Origin: Scenedesmus sp. PABB004
Taxonomy: Eukaryota
Assembly: GCA_014905635.1 (NCBI GenBank)
Contig: JABVCE010000021.1
Coordinates: forward strand, 1-64,000
Length of the DNA: 64,000 bases
Direction: 5' to 3'
In this document: one piece after another, positions 51,258 through 62,955 of the stretch
Layout: each line of letters begins with the position of its first letter
How positions within the stretch are numbered: the stretch's first letter is position 1
Notes under the pieces: generated by a model
Databases searched by the model: none
The model's input: only the letters and a program-made list of their open reading frames with translations
What the model was told of the DNA's origin: nothing
Program-made: the position numbers and the translations under genes

Positions 51258-51673
51258 CCCGCGGGCTCTCCGACATTCTTGTCCTTCTAGGCTAGCGCCA
51301 CACCGGCGCCCGCTGCGGCACAGCACGCCCGCTGCGCTTTCCGACTCTGCCGACGCAGCGTGGTGCGGGGGATCGCCGCCGGAGTCGTCCCACGGGGCGC
51401 GCAGTCGGGGGGCTCAGTCCGCCGAGCAGCCGGCCAGCGGCGGCGGCGCCGCGCGGCGCACGGCGCCGCTGCCCGCGCCGGCGGCCCCCTGGCCTGCCCG
51501 CGCCCTCACCCCTCGCCCTCGCCTGGCCCCTCACCCCCCCCTCTCGCCGCAGGGCGCCGCGGGGCGAGCCGGGGGCGAGCCGCGGCCAGGGAGCGCAGCA
51601 GCAGCGGCAGCGGCGACGGCGCCGCCGGCGCCCGCATGCTGCGCGGCGCCGCGGCGCGGGCTGCGGGGCGGGC

Positions 51674-52479
51674 ATGACCAAGCCCGGCGCCCCCCACCAC
51701 CACGCCCACCACCGCCAGCACCCCGGCAGCGGCAGCGGCTGCGCGGGATGGCGGCGGCGCAACTACGTGCTGGTGCGGCGGCCCCCCCTCTCTGCGCCGA
51801 GCGCGGGCGCGGGCGCGGGCCCATCGCGCGCCGCGCGCTCAGCCCGCCCCGGCCGCGCGGCAGGTGCTGGGCGTGCTGGTGGGCGTGCTGGTGGTTAACA
51901 TGCTGCTGCTGATGCCGCAGCTGCACGCGAGCGACAGCTGGCGCCTCGTCGGCTTCACCTCGCACGGCGGCGGCGCCACCACCGGCGCCAGCAGCGGCGC
52001 GCCGGCCAGCGGCCGCGGCGGCGGCAGTAGCGGGCGCGGCGCGGGCGGGGTGGGCGGGCGCGGCGCGGCGAGCGCAGACGGCGACTTTGTCGGCGCGCAC
52101 GACGCCGACCACGACGGCGTGCTGGGGCGGGCCGAGTTTGACGCGCTCGTGCAGGTGGGTGGGTGTGTTTTGGGGGGGGGGGGGGGGAGGGGTGCGCGCG
52201 TGGGCCGCCGCCCAGCGCACGAGTCCGCGCGCACGCGCACCCCCCCCCTCCCGCGCCTGCCCGCCCACCCGCCCCGCCTGCGCCGCGCCGCGCCGCGCCA
52301 GGAGGCGTGCCTGAACGACCGCGCCAGCCTGCCGCTGCTGCGCCGCGCCGTCCGCTTTGTGCGCCTCGCGCTCGGCCGGCCGCCCGGGGCGCGGCGCGGC
52401 GGCTACCCCTGCACGCTGCGCGGCGAGCTCGCCGACACGGCGCGCCGGGCGGCGGCCGCGCTCACGGGCTGGGGGCGCC

Positions 52480-52512
<33 letters not shown>

Positions 52513-55011
52513 GCGGTGGCGCAGCCGGCGGCGCCGCGCGGGAGGGCGCCGCGGCGGCCCAGCAGCAGCACGCTGCGGCGCTGGACCCGGACTCGCCCGA
52601 GGGCAAGGCCGCGGCGCGCGCGGCGGCGCTGCTGGCGGGCTGCTCGCCGCTCACGCCCGAGCTGGCCGCGGCCGCGGTGCGCGGCGGCACGACGCTGCTG
52701 GTGGCGGCGGCCGACTGGTCCATGTTTGAGGTCTTTGGCGTCAACTGGCTGGCCCACGTGCAGCGCGCGGGCGGCGCCAACTACCTGCTTGCGGCGCTGG
52801 ACCAGGTGCGCCCGTGGCGGCACAGGCGGCGCAGGCGGCAGCAGCGGCGCCTCGCGCGTGCGCGCCCCTCCCGCCCGCCCTCCCTCTCTCCCTGGGGCGA
52901 CGCGCCGACGCCCACGCGCCCCGCGCGCCCCGTGCGCCGCGGCCGCAGCGCACTGCCGACTTTATGCGAAACAATCGCCTCGGCCGCTGCGTGACCTGGA
53001 GCGCCGGCGCGGGGCCCGCCGCAGGCGGCGCGGGGCCGCTGCCGCAGCAGGCGCCGCCGTACGAGCCGGGCAGCGCGGCGCACCGGGTGCGGCGCGCGCG
53101 CCGCGGCAGCGGGGCACTGTCGGCGGCGGGCGCTGCGCGCGGCGCGGCGCTCACGCGCTGCCGTGCCGCTGCCAGGCGGCGTCGTGGGCGAAGCTCGGCG
53201 TGTCGTCGGTGCTGCTGGGCTGGGGGTACGACGTCGTCGCGAGCGACCTGGACGTCGTGTGGCGCGCCGACCCGGGGCCCGCGCTCGCGGGCCTGCCGCG
53301 CGCGGCGGACGTCGTGATCGCCAGCGACGCGCCGGCGCCGCGCCACGAGCTCGCCGCGCACGCGCCGGGCCTGCTCACAGCGCCTGGCGCCGCGGGCGGC
53401 GCGCTCAACCCGGGCGTCGCGCTGCTGCGCGCGACGCCGCCCGCGCGCGCGCTGCTGGCCGAGTGGCTGGCCGCCGCGGCGCGCGCCGAGGAGGACGGCG
53501 GCGACGCCGCAGCGGCGGGGCCGGGCGGCGCGGGCGCCGAGTCGCCCGGCTTCCCCACGCCCGTGCTGCGCGCGTGGCTGGCGGGGCAGCGCGCGCGCGC
53601 GGCGCCGCACCCCGCCGCGCCCGGCGTGCTGCAGCTGCCCGCGCCGCGGCGCGGGGGCCTGCTCGGCGGCCTGCGGCCGCGCCGCGCCGGGCTGGGCGTG
53701 TTCAGCCAGCTCGCGGTGGCCAACAGCTACGCCTGGGCGGTGCAGCGCGTCGGCGGCGCGCCGGGCGCGCGGCGCGCAGCCGGCGGCGGGGCGCTGCCGC
53801 TCGCCGTGCACTTTTCACGCGGCGGCGCGAGCCTGGAGGCGCGGCTGCACCGCATGCGCGAGGCCCAGTGGTGCGTGCACCCCGCGCCCCGGCGCACCGC
53901 CGCGGCGGCCGCGCTCGCCCGCCGCCCGCGCGCGCGCGCGCCCAGTGGGGCGCTCCCCTCCGCCACGCCACACACCGCTCGCGCCGCCCACGCCGCCTGC
54001 ACACTACCACCTCCCCCCTTCCCACACCCACACCCACCACCCGCCGCCGCCGCACCACCACACGTCAGGTACGCCGACGGGCCGCGTTACTACAGCGAGC
54101 CGGGGCTGATGAGCTTTGCGCTCTCACGCTACGCCGGCCCCGCGCTGCTGGCCGGCGCCGCGCCCGGCGCGCGGCCGGGCGCGCTGCTGGCGCTGCACGT
54201 CGCGTCGCTGGCGCACGAGCTGTCCCAGTTTTACGCCGCCGCCGCCGTCGCGGCGGCGCTGGGGCGCGTGCTCGTGCTGCCCGCGTTCACCTGCTGGTGC
54301 TACGCAGACCCCGACGGCGGCCCGGGCGGGCCGCCGCCGCGGCTCGTGTCCGAGGCGGGCGCGGCGGGCGGCTGGTCGTGCCGCGCGCCGGGCGACGCGA
54401 GCAGCGCGCTGCCCTTCAACTGCAGCCTCGACGCGGTGCTCGCCCCCGCCGCGCTCTACGCCCACGCGCCGCTCTTCGCCGGCCGGCCGCTCAACTTCAG
54501 GGAGGCGGGCTTCCTCCACCACCCGCGCACGCCGAGCTGGGTGCGCCACGCCGCGACGGCCGTGCGCAGCGGCGACCCCGCGGGCTGCGAGCCCGGCCCC
54601 GGCGGCGCGCCGGGGCGGTGCGCGCAGGCGCTGCCGGGCAAGCCGCCGCCGGGGACGAACCAGCAGGTCGTCGTGCCGCGCGGGCTCACCGACGGCGAGC
54701 TCGCGGCGCTGCTCGCGCCGTGGGGCGGCTCGAAGCACCTCCGCTTTGACGACGTGGCCGAGGTGTGGGGCGGCTTTGACAGCCCCGTGGCGGCGGCCGA
54801 GTATGACGCCTGGCTCGCGGGCGCGGTGCGGCCGTGGTGCTGCAAGCCCGGTCCGCCGAGCGGGCCGGGCGAGGCGGCCAGCGCGCTGCCGGGGTGGACC
54901 TACGTCAACCTCACCGCGCGCCCGCCGCCCGGCAGCGCCGCTGCGGCTGGCGGCGGCGCCAGTGGCGCGGCGGCGGCGGCAGGGCCGGCGGCGGCGGCTG
55001 GGCGGCGCTGA
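51674..55011 (+). CDS. Type II membrane nucleotide-diphospho-sugar transferase (GT77, XEG113/RRA arabinosyltransferase-like) with an EF-hand motif
   Basis: N-terminal TM (VLGVLVGVLVVNMLLLM); NWLAHV...NYLLAALD; GYDVVASDLDVVW (DxD); LNPGVALLR; HRMREAQW; ALGRVLVLPAFTCWC; FREAGFLHHPRTP; WCC. Stop 55009-55011. Confidence 0.88.
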
Positions 55012-55114
55012 CGCGGCCCGGGCGGGCGGCGCGCGCGGCGCGGCAACTCGTGTGTTCCCCCGGGACTTCTGCCCGCCGCCCGCCAGCGACAGCACGCGCT
55101 CGCCGCGCACGCCG

Positions 55115-56767
55115 TCACTTGGCCGCGCCGCTCGCGAGGGACAGCACCAGCTTGCCGCGCACGTGCCCGCCCTCCAGCTCCTCGTGCGCGCGCGCCGCGG
55201 ACTCGAGGCCGGGCAGCGCCGTGACGGTCACCTTGAGGCGGCCCTCACGCAGCAGCGCCGCGATCTGCGCCGCGGCGGGCGGCGCAGCCGGCGGCCGCGC
55301 GTGGGCGGGCGGCGCGCCACGACGGGGGCGGCGCACCCCGCGCTGCCGCCCAGCCCGGCGCGCGCGCGGCGCGCGCGCGGCGCGGCGCGCCTCGTTCAGG
55401 CCGTGCTGCGCCGCATGGCGCATGATCGTCAGCCGGTAGCGCGGGCCCAGGCCCAGCGCGCCGCGCAGCATTCCGGCTGCAACGTGCCACGCCAGCACCG
55501 CGGCGCCGCGCGCCGGGCCGTATCTGGCGAACGGGGGGGGGGGGGGGGGGGGCGCGGTTTGCGCCCAGGGGCACGCCGCCGCGCGCGCCGCGCCCCCCGG
55601 CATGCCCCGGCGCCCCCCGCTAGGGGGTTAGGGCCCTAAACCCTAACTCACTGGTTGACGAAGCCGCTGTTGAGCACGTGGGCGAAGAGGCCGCCGGGAC
55701 GGAGCAGGGGCAGGGAGCGCGTCTCGTAGTCGCCGCCCATGAGGTCCAGCACGACGTCATACCCGCCCGCCGGCACGTCCGCGGCCTCAAACCTGCCCGC
55801 GGGGGACGAGGCGGGAGGACAGCGGTCGGCGGGGCGCGCGGGCGGGCGCGCACGCCAGGGCGCGCGCCGCCAGGCCGCCGCCCGCCGCGCGCGGCCCGCC
55901 GCACCGCTCGCTGGCGTAGTCGATCGGCCGCGTCGCGCCGAGGCCGCGCACGTAGTCGGCGTTGCGCGCGCTGCACGTCGTCGCCACGACCGCCGCCCGC
56001 TGGGCCGCCGCGATCTGGAGCGCAAAGCCGCCCACGCCGCCCGCGCCGGCGTGGACGAGCACCGCCTTGCCCGCCAGGGGCATGGCCGGCGCGAGCGCCT
56101 GCCACGCGGTCATCGCCGCGAGCGGCACCGCCGCCGCCTCCTCGTCGCTCAGGCCCTCGGGGATGGGCAGCAGGCAGCTCTCGTGCGCGACGACCACCTC
56201 CGCGTACGTGCCTGACCAACGGGCGGCGCGCGGCGCGAGCGCGCGGCTGGGCACGCGGCGGGCCCGCGGCTGGGCGGCGGCGTGGGGTGTGTGGCCCCGG
56301 GCCCCGGGCCCCACCACACACCATAAGTGCACCAGAAGGCCTGCGTGCCGGTGCAGCCAAACACGCGGTCGCCGGGCGCGAAGCGCCCGCCCGCGTCCGC
56401 CTCCTCCACCACGCCCGCGACGTCGCCGCCGAGCACCTTGGGCAGCGTCACCGCGAGCCGCGGCACGTCGCCCCTGGGCGCGCGCGCGGCGGGGGCGGCG
56501 GCGGCGCGACGCGTGCGCTGGGCGCGCGTGGGCGGCGCGGTGGCGTTTTTTCACGCGCGCGCGCTTGCACAGGTTTCAGGACACTCACTTGCGGGTCTTG
56601 AAGTCGATGGGGTTGACGCCGGCCGCGGCGACGCGGATGCGCACCTCGCCGCGGCGCCGGGGCGGCTGCGGGAAGTCGTCCTCGACCGCCAGCGCGCCCG
56701 GCGGGCCGAAGGACCGCATCACCACCGCGCGCATCGTCCCGGGGCTGGGCGGCACGCCCCGCGGCAT
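55115..56767 (-). CDS. Zinc-independent MDR-family NADPH:quinone oxidoreductase (RTN4IP1-like)
   Basis: EVRIRVAAAGVNPIDFKTR, VLGGDVAGVV, FAPGDRVFG, GTYAEVV, AAAVPLAAMTAWQAL, VLVHAGAGGVGGFALQIA, YDVVLDLMGG, GHVRGKLVL. Confidence 0.92.
55625..55647. repeat. Interstitial head-to-head telomere-like motif / telo-box in an intron
   Basis: GGGTTAGGG immediately followed by CCCTAAACCCTAAC; overlaps the minus-strand GTGAGT donor. Confidence 0.75.
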
Positions 56768-57147
56768 GGCGCGCGAGCCGCTTCGCGCCCGCCCGCTTCG
56801 CGCCCGCCCACTTCGCGCCGCGCCGCGCAGCAGCAGCAGCGCTGCGCCGCACGCCCCGCCCCGCCTCGCGCCGCCTCGCTGCTGGCCACGCCTCGTGCAC
56901 AGCGCGCTCCCCGTGCTTTGTCGGGCGGGCGCGTGGGCGGCGCGGCGAGAGAGGAGCGGCGAGAGCAGCGAGAGCAGCGGCACTCGCGCGCTCGGCGAGC
57001 TGCCGCGGGCTGGGGCTGCCGGGTCGGGTCGCGACGAGTCGGGCGCGACCAGGGACGCCGTTGGGCGCCGCCTCGCGACCGTGGCTCAGCGTTGGCGCCG
57101 CCCCGACCGTCATTACGCGCCCGCCAGAACGCCGCGCGGCGGCGTTA

Positions 57148-57164
57148 TTACGTCCCCTTTTCCT

Positions 57165-57202
<38 letters not shown>

Positions 57203-60200
57203 TCGTCGCCGCCGTGGAGGCGCTGCCAGGCCGCCGCCGCGCGCCGGCCGCCGAGCATGAGGCACGCCACGCACGCCACGACGCGCAGCCACGCCACCGC
57301 CTGCCCGAGCAGCGCCGCCGCCAGCATGTAGCCCGCCGCGCTGCGCAGCACCAGCTTGCACAGGTCCACCGCCCCGCGCCGCGCGCCGCCGCCGCCGCCG
57401 GCGCCCGGCCCACCGAGCGCGTCGAGGGTGCCGGCTGACATGGCAGTGATGTGCGCCAGCAGCGGCGCCGCGAGTGCCACGTCGGCGGGGTGCGACAGCG
57501 CCCGCGCGCCTGCGCGGCACGGCGCGGGCGGGTCGGCGGGCGGGCGGGCACGCGCCCGGCGCCGGGCGGCCGCCGCGGCGGGCGGCGCGCGGCGCGCGGC
57601 GCCGCGCCGCGGCCGCACCCAGCGGCGTGCGCGCCCAGGCGAGCAGCGAGGGCGCGAGCATGAGCGCGGCGCTGCCATAGAGCAGCGCCCAGGCGTGGAC
57701 CATGTGGCAGCTCAGCTGGTGCAGCGCGAGCGCGCGCACTGCGGCGGCGTCGTGCCGCGCCGCGACGTGCGGCTGCCCGCCGGCCGCGCCCGCGGCGGCG
57801 GGCACCGCGCGCGGCTCCGCCGCGGGGCCTGCCGCGGCCGCGTCGCGCGCGTGGCCGCCGGCGGGCCCCGCGGGCGCGTCGGGGTCGTCCGAGCGGTCCG
57901 AGTCGCCGCCGCTGTCCGAGCCGGGCAGCAGGCCCGCGTCGGAGCGCACCGGCGCGCGCGGTGCCGGCCAGCCGCCCGCTCCCTCCGCCACGCTGGCGAG
58001 CCGGCCGGGCTCGCCTGCGGCCGCGGCCGCCGCAGCGCCTGCACGCGCGGCCGGCAGCGGGCTGCCCGTCCGGCTGGCAGCGCGGCTGCCGGGCCTGCTG
58101 CCGAGCAGCAGCTCGGCGACGCGCGACGCCGCGGCCGCGCTGTTGCTGGGGAGGTGCCAGGTGAGGAAGAGCAGCGCCACGCCGCAGGCCAGCCCCAGCT
58201 GCAGGAGGAGCGGGGGACCGGGCGGGGGACAGGGCGGGCGTGGGAGCAGGGGGGGGGGGGGGGCTCGACGGCGCGCGCGCGCGCGCGCCGCCACTGCACG
58301 GGTCAGCGCGCGCGGCCCCCCGTGGTGCCCAGGCGGCGCCGCCGGCTCACCGCGATGTTGGCGGCGCTCAGCAGCAGCAGCGCCGCCAGCTGCGCCTGGC
58401 ACCGGGGGCGCCGCCACCAGCGCGCAGGCGCGGCGCGCGCAGGGGCGCCCGCCGCCTCGGGCAGCAGCAGCCGCGTCTCGCTGGGAGGGCCCTGGGGGGC
58501 GGCACCGCTGGCCGCGGCGACGGCCGCGAGCGCGTCGCCGTCGGGCGCGAGGGACCTGCGCAGCGACCGCTCGGCGGTCAGCGCGCGCGCGCGCGCGCGC
58601 TGCGTGGCCGGCCCGCCCTGCCCCAGCCCCTCCTCCTCTCCCTCCTCCCTCAGCGCCCACACCTGCGCAAGGCGGCCACCGCCGCCGTGCACCAGTCCAG
58701 GCCCCACTTCAGCCCGACGCTCAGGCCCACCGCCACCAGCAGGCACAGGAGTGCGCAGCCAAGCAGCAGCGCGGCGCCGACCACGCCGGTGCTGGCGCCG
58801 CGCGGTGCGAGGCCGACCGCCGCCAGCAGGCTGCGCAGCGCCGAGGCGCCCGCGGCCAAGGGCCCCCGCACGGCCAGGTGCCCGTCAGCGCCGCGCCGCG
58901 AGCGGGGCAGGCGGCCCTGGCGGCACTGGCACTGCTGAGCGCCGCCGCCGCCGCGGCCGTGAGCCCCGCCAGGCCCAGCACGCGGGCGTCCGCGGTCACC
59001 GCGGCGAGCGAGCCGCGCACCGACACGCCCGCGCCCGCCAGCGCGCCCTCGGGCTGCGGCACAAAACCCGCGCGGCTGCCCGGCCGGCTGGCTGCCGCCG
59101 CCGCCGCCGCCGCCGCCGCCGCGCGCAGGCCGGCCGCCGCGGCGCCGACCGCGTCTGGCGGCGGCGCGCCGCCGAGTGTGTCCTGCAGGCGCGCGCGCAG
59201 GCGCTGCAGCGCGCCGGCCGACGCCTGCCGCAGCTCCGCGCCGCCGCCGGGCCGCGCCGGCGCGGGCGGGCCGCCGTGCCGCGCGGCGGCCACGACGCGC
59301 TGCAGCGCGCTCATCTGGTGGCTCAGCACCAGCAGCAGCAGCGCCACCGCCATGCCCGCCGCCGCGCTCGCGTGGCTCAGCAGCGTCAGCGCCGCCCCGC
59401 CGAGCACGTCCCAGCGCAGCGCGAGCTCAAAGGCGCAGCCCGGATCGAGCAGCAGCGTCAGCTCCGCGCCGGGCGCGAGCGCCGCCAGCGCGACGGCCGC
59501 GCCTGCCGCCGCGGTGCTGCCCGGCTCCGCGCTCGCCTTGCGCCGCGCGTCGAGCCACGGCCGCGCCGCCGCGCGCAGCGCGCCCAGCGCGCCGCCGGCG
59601 CCAGCGGGCGCGGTTGTGTTGAGCACCGCCACCTGCTCCGCGCCCCAGGCGCCGGGAAACACCGCCACCGGCTGCCAGCACGCGCCGCGCCCGCCGCCGC
59701 CCCGCGCGGGGGCCGCGCGCACGCGCAGCGCGAGGCCGTCCAGCAGCCAGCGCCAGCGGGGGCGCACGCGCAGCAGCATCGCGCCGCCGGCCGGCCGGAC
59801 CAGCGGCCGCAGCGCCGCGCCCGGGCCGAGCGCCAGCGGCGGCCGCCGCAGCCGCGGCGGCAGCCACTGCGCTGTCAGGCCGGCCGCCGCGGGCAGCGCC
59901 TGCGTGCTCACGTTGGTGCCGGGCACGGGCGTGGGCGCGCCCGGCGCGCCCTCCTGCGCCGCTGGCGGCGTGGCGGGCGCCAGCCACACCGCGACACGCG
60001 CCACGGGCGCGCCGCCGCCGCCGCCGCCGCCGGCGAGGTGTGTGTCGTGCGGCAGCGCCAGCGCCCACGCCGCGCGCGCCAGGTGGTCGCTGCCGGCCAT
60101 GACCGCCAACCAGGCGCCGGGCGCGCGCACGCGCGACACCAGCCCGTCGCCAACTGCCGGCAGCGGCGCGGCCAGGCCCGTGGCGTCCGCCCAGGCGCCG

Positions 60201-62537
60201 CCGCGGCGCTGCAGCCAGACGCGGAAGCCGGTGCAGGGCGCCGCGCCCGACGACAGCAGCACAAAGTCGGCCCCGGCGCCCCCGGGCGCGTCGCCCGCGG
60301 CCGCGGCGGGGGCGTCCCACACGAGCAGCGACCCGCCGCCACCGCCGCTGCCGGCGGGTGCGGGCGAGGCCTCGACGCTCGCCTCCCCCGGCGGCACGTC
60401 GCGCCGCGTCGCCTGCAGGCGGCCGACAAACCAGTCCGGGTCGGCCGCGGGCAGCCGCCCACCGCGGCCAGACGCACGTCGGCCGGCGCGGTCGCCGGCA
60501 GCAGCAGCGCCGGCGGCGGCCGCGCGCCGGCGCTGCCGTCCAGCGCGGCGGCCACGCGGCTGACCAGGAAGCGCGAGAGCACCGCCGACGCCACCGCCTC
60601 CCGCGCCTGGTGGGGCAGGGGGCCCGCCGCCGCAGCTGCCGCCTCGGCGCGCGCTGGGACGGCGCCGCCGCCGCCGCCGCCGCCGCTCTCACTGCTGCTG
60701 CTCTCGCCGCTGCCGGCGCCGCTGCCGCCACCGCTGCCGCTCTCACCGCCGGCAGCCGCAAGCAGCGTCCTCGCCCCGACGCCCGGCTGCTCAGCGCCGC
60801 CGACCGCGACGCGCAGCAGCTCCCTCGGCTGCCGCCGCGCGCACTGCAGCTTGAGCGCCTGGCCGGGCCACAGCAGCGCGGCGACGGCGCACACCGCGCC
60901 CGAGCGCCCGCCACCGGGCGGCGCGCTGCCCAAGGCCTGCAGCGCCGCCAGCGGCCGGAGCACCCGCTGGCTGGCGGGCGCCGCTTCCGCGCCTGCCGCC
61001 GCGCACGAGGCGTTCGAGCCCGCGCAGGGCCGCGGCAGGGCCGTATGCGCGGCGTGCGGCTCCCGCGCGTCGCGCAGCAGCAGCAGCGCACGCCCGTGCG
61101 CGGCGAGCTGCTGCTGCTGCGCGTGCACCTCCACCAGCGCCGCTGTCAGCCGGGTCACCAGCTGGTTGCACCAATCAATCTGCGTGTGGCCCGCCGCCAC
61201 CCAAGCTCCCGGGATGTGCTCGCTGGACAGCGAGAGCCGCGCCGGCGCGGGGCTGCCGCCGTCGGCTGCGCTGCTGCGCGGCCGCCATGCAGGCAGGCGC
61301 GTGAGCAGCGGCGACACCTGGTTGAGGCAGGGGGGGGGGGGGGGGCTCACACACGGGCCTCCTGCCGGCGGCGGCGGCGGGGCTCTGCGCGTGCGCGCGC
61401 CGCGCCGGACCTGCATGTCAGCGCCGCCACCGTGCACCGACACGGCGGGCAGGCCCGGCGGCAGGCGCGCCGCGCCGGTGCCGTCGTAGAAGCGGGCCAG
61501 CGCGGGCTGCAGCAGCAGCGGCGGCGCCTCGTGCGGAGACGCCAGCGTGAGCAGCAGCGCCACGGAGCCGGGGCCTGGCGCGGGGCGGCGCGGCGGCGGG
61601 GCGGCGGCTGACGGGCCGGGGCTGGGCGGCCCCCGGCGCGCGAGCGCGCACGCTGCCGCCGCCGCGCGCGCCGGGCGGCGGCGCAGCAGCGCGCACCCAG
61701 CGCCGGGTGCGTCCACGCGGCGGCCGCCGCCGCGCGCGCGATCACGCCGCCCATGCTGTGCCCCACCAGCAGCACGCCGCCGCCCGGCGCGCCGCCGCCG
61801 CTGTGCGGCCGCACGTCGGCGGGCAGCGTCTGCGCGCCCCGCCCCGGCCCGTACGTGTCTGCCAGCTGCGCGAGCGCCGCGAGCGCAAACGCGGTCTGCT
61901 GCTCCAGCAGCGCCCCGTCAAACGCGGACAGCTCGCCCCGCAGGTCCAGCGCGTACCTACCCAGGCGTGCGCAGGCGCGGCGCGGGCGCGGCGGCGGCCC
62001 CGGGTCGGGCCACCTGCCGCGCGCGCCGCGGGGCGCTGTGCTGCGCCGCCCGACCGCGCCGCCGCACCAGTCAACGTCGGCCAGGCCGTCCGGCCCGCCC
62101 GCGCCAGGCCTGCGCGCCGCCGCCACGACGCGCGCGCTCTGGGACGCCAGCGAGCGCACCTGCTCGAACGACCCCGCATTGCCGGGCACCAGCAGCGCCG
62201 GCCGGCCCGCCGGCGGCAGCGCTGTGCGCGGCGGCGGCGGGTGGGGGTTGATCCCCCGCGCCGCGCGCCCGCCGCGCGCCGCCCGCACGCGCCGCGGCCC
62301 GCGGCGGCCCGCCGCGGCCCGCCGGCGCGCACCCTGGCGCGCGAAGCTGGTCTCCCTGTACAGCAGCAGCCGGTAGCGGTGCCCCGCCCAGGCGGGGTCG
62401 GCCAGCGGGACGGGCGTGTAGCTGGAGTACATGTAGGTCTGCTCGCACGCGCAGCGCTGCGCCCGCTGCAGCAGGCCACCGAGCGCGCCGAGCAGCACCA
62501 CGCCCGCCAGCGCGGCAGCGGCGGCCAGCGCGCGCAT
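57148..62537 (-). CDS. PGAP1: GPI inositol-deacylase PGAP1/BST1-like
   Basis: N-terminal TM; CEQTYMYSSY, YRLLLYRE, PALLVPGNAGSFEQVRSLAS, ELSAFDG, LVGHSMGGVIAR (GxSxG), TLASPH, SVHGGGADMQV, IPGAW...HTQIDWCNQLV; multi-TM C-terminus. Apparent indel near 60460. Confidence 0.92.
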
Positions 62538-62955
62538 GGCTGCAGCCGCAGGGCGTCCGGGGCATGTCGGGGAGCGGCCGCCCGCGGTGCCTGGCGGCCG
62601 GCGCGCGCGCGCCGCGTTTGCGCGCGACGCCGAGAGCCCACCGGCGGCGGTCGCGGCGGCGCGCGTGGCTGCTGCGCCTGCGGCGCTGTGACGCGGTGAC
62701 CGCGGGCGCTGTGGCTGTGGCGAGGCCAGCTGCGGTGGTCGTTCGCTGGGGCGCAGGAGCAGCGGGCGGCGGCGGCGCCGCCCGCTCAGCTCCCCTGCGC
62801 CCACCCCGCCGCGCCGCGCCCACGCCCGCAGTCCCGCCACAGTCTCCGCACCACTCCCGCTGCGCCCAGGCCCGCGCCGGCGCACGCACGCCGGCAGCGG
62901 CCCGCAGCCACCGCAGCGCGAGCGCAGCGCCGACCCCAGGCGGCGAGCCGACACG

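Noticed and set aside
55634..55647. CCCTAAACCCTAAC as a telomerase RNA template
   Set aside because: It lies in a short intron antisense to a protein gene, with no visible Pol III promoter elements or T-run terminator.
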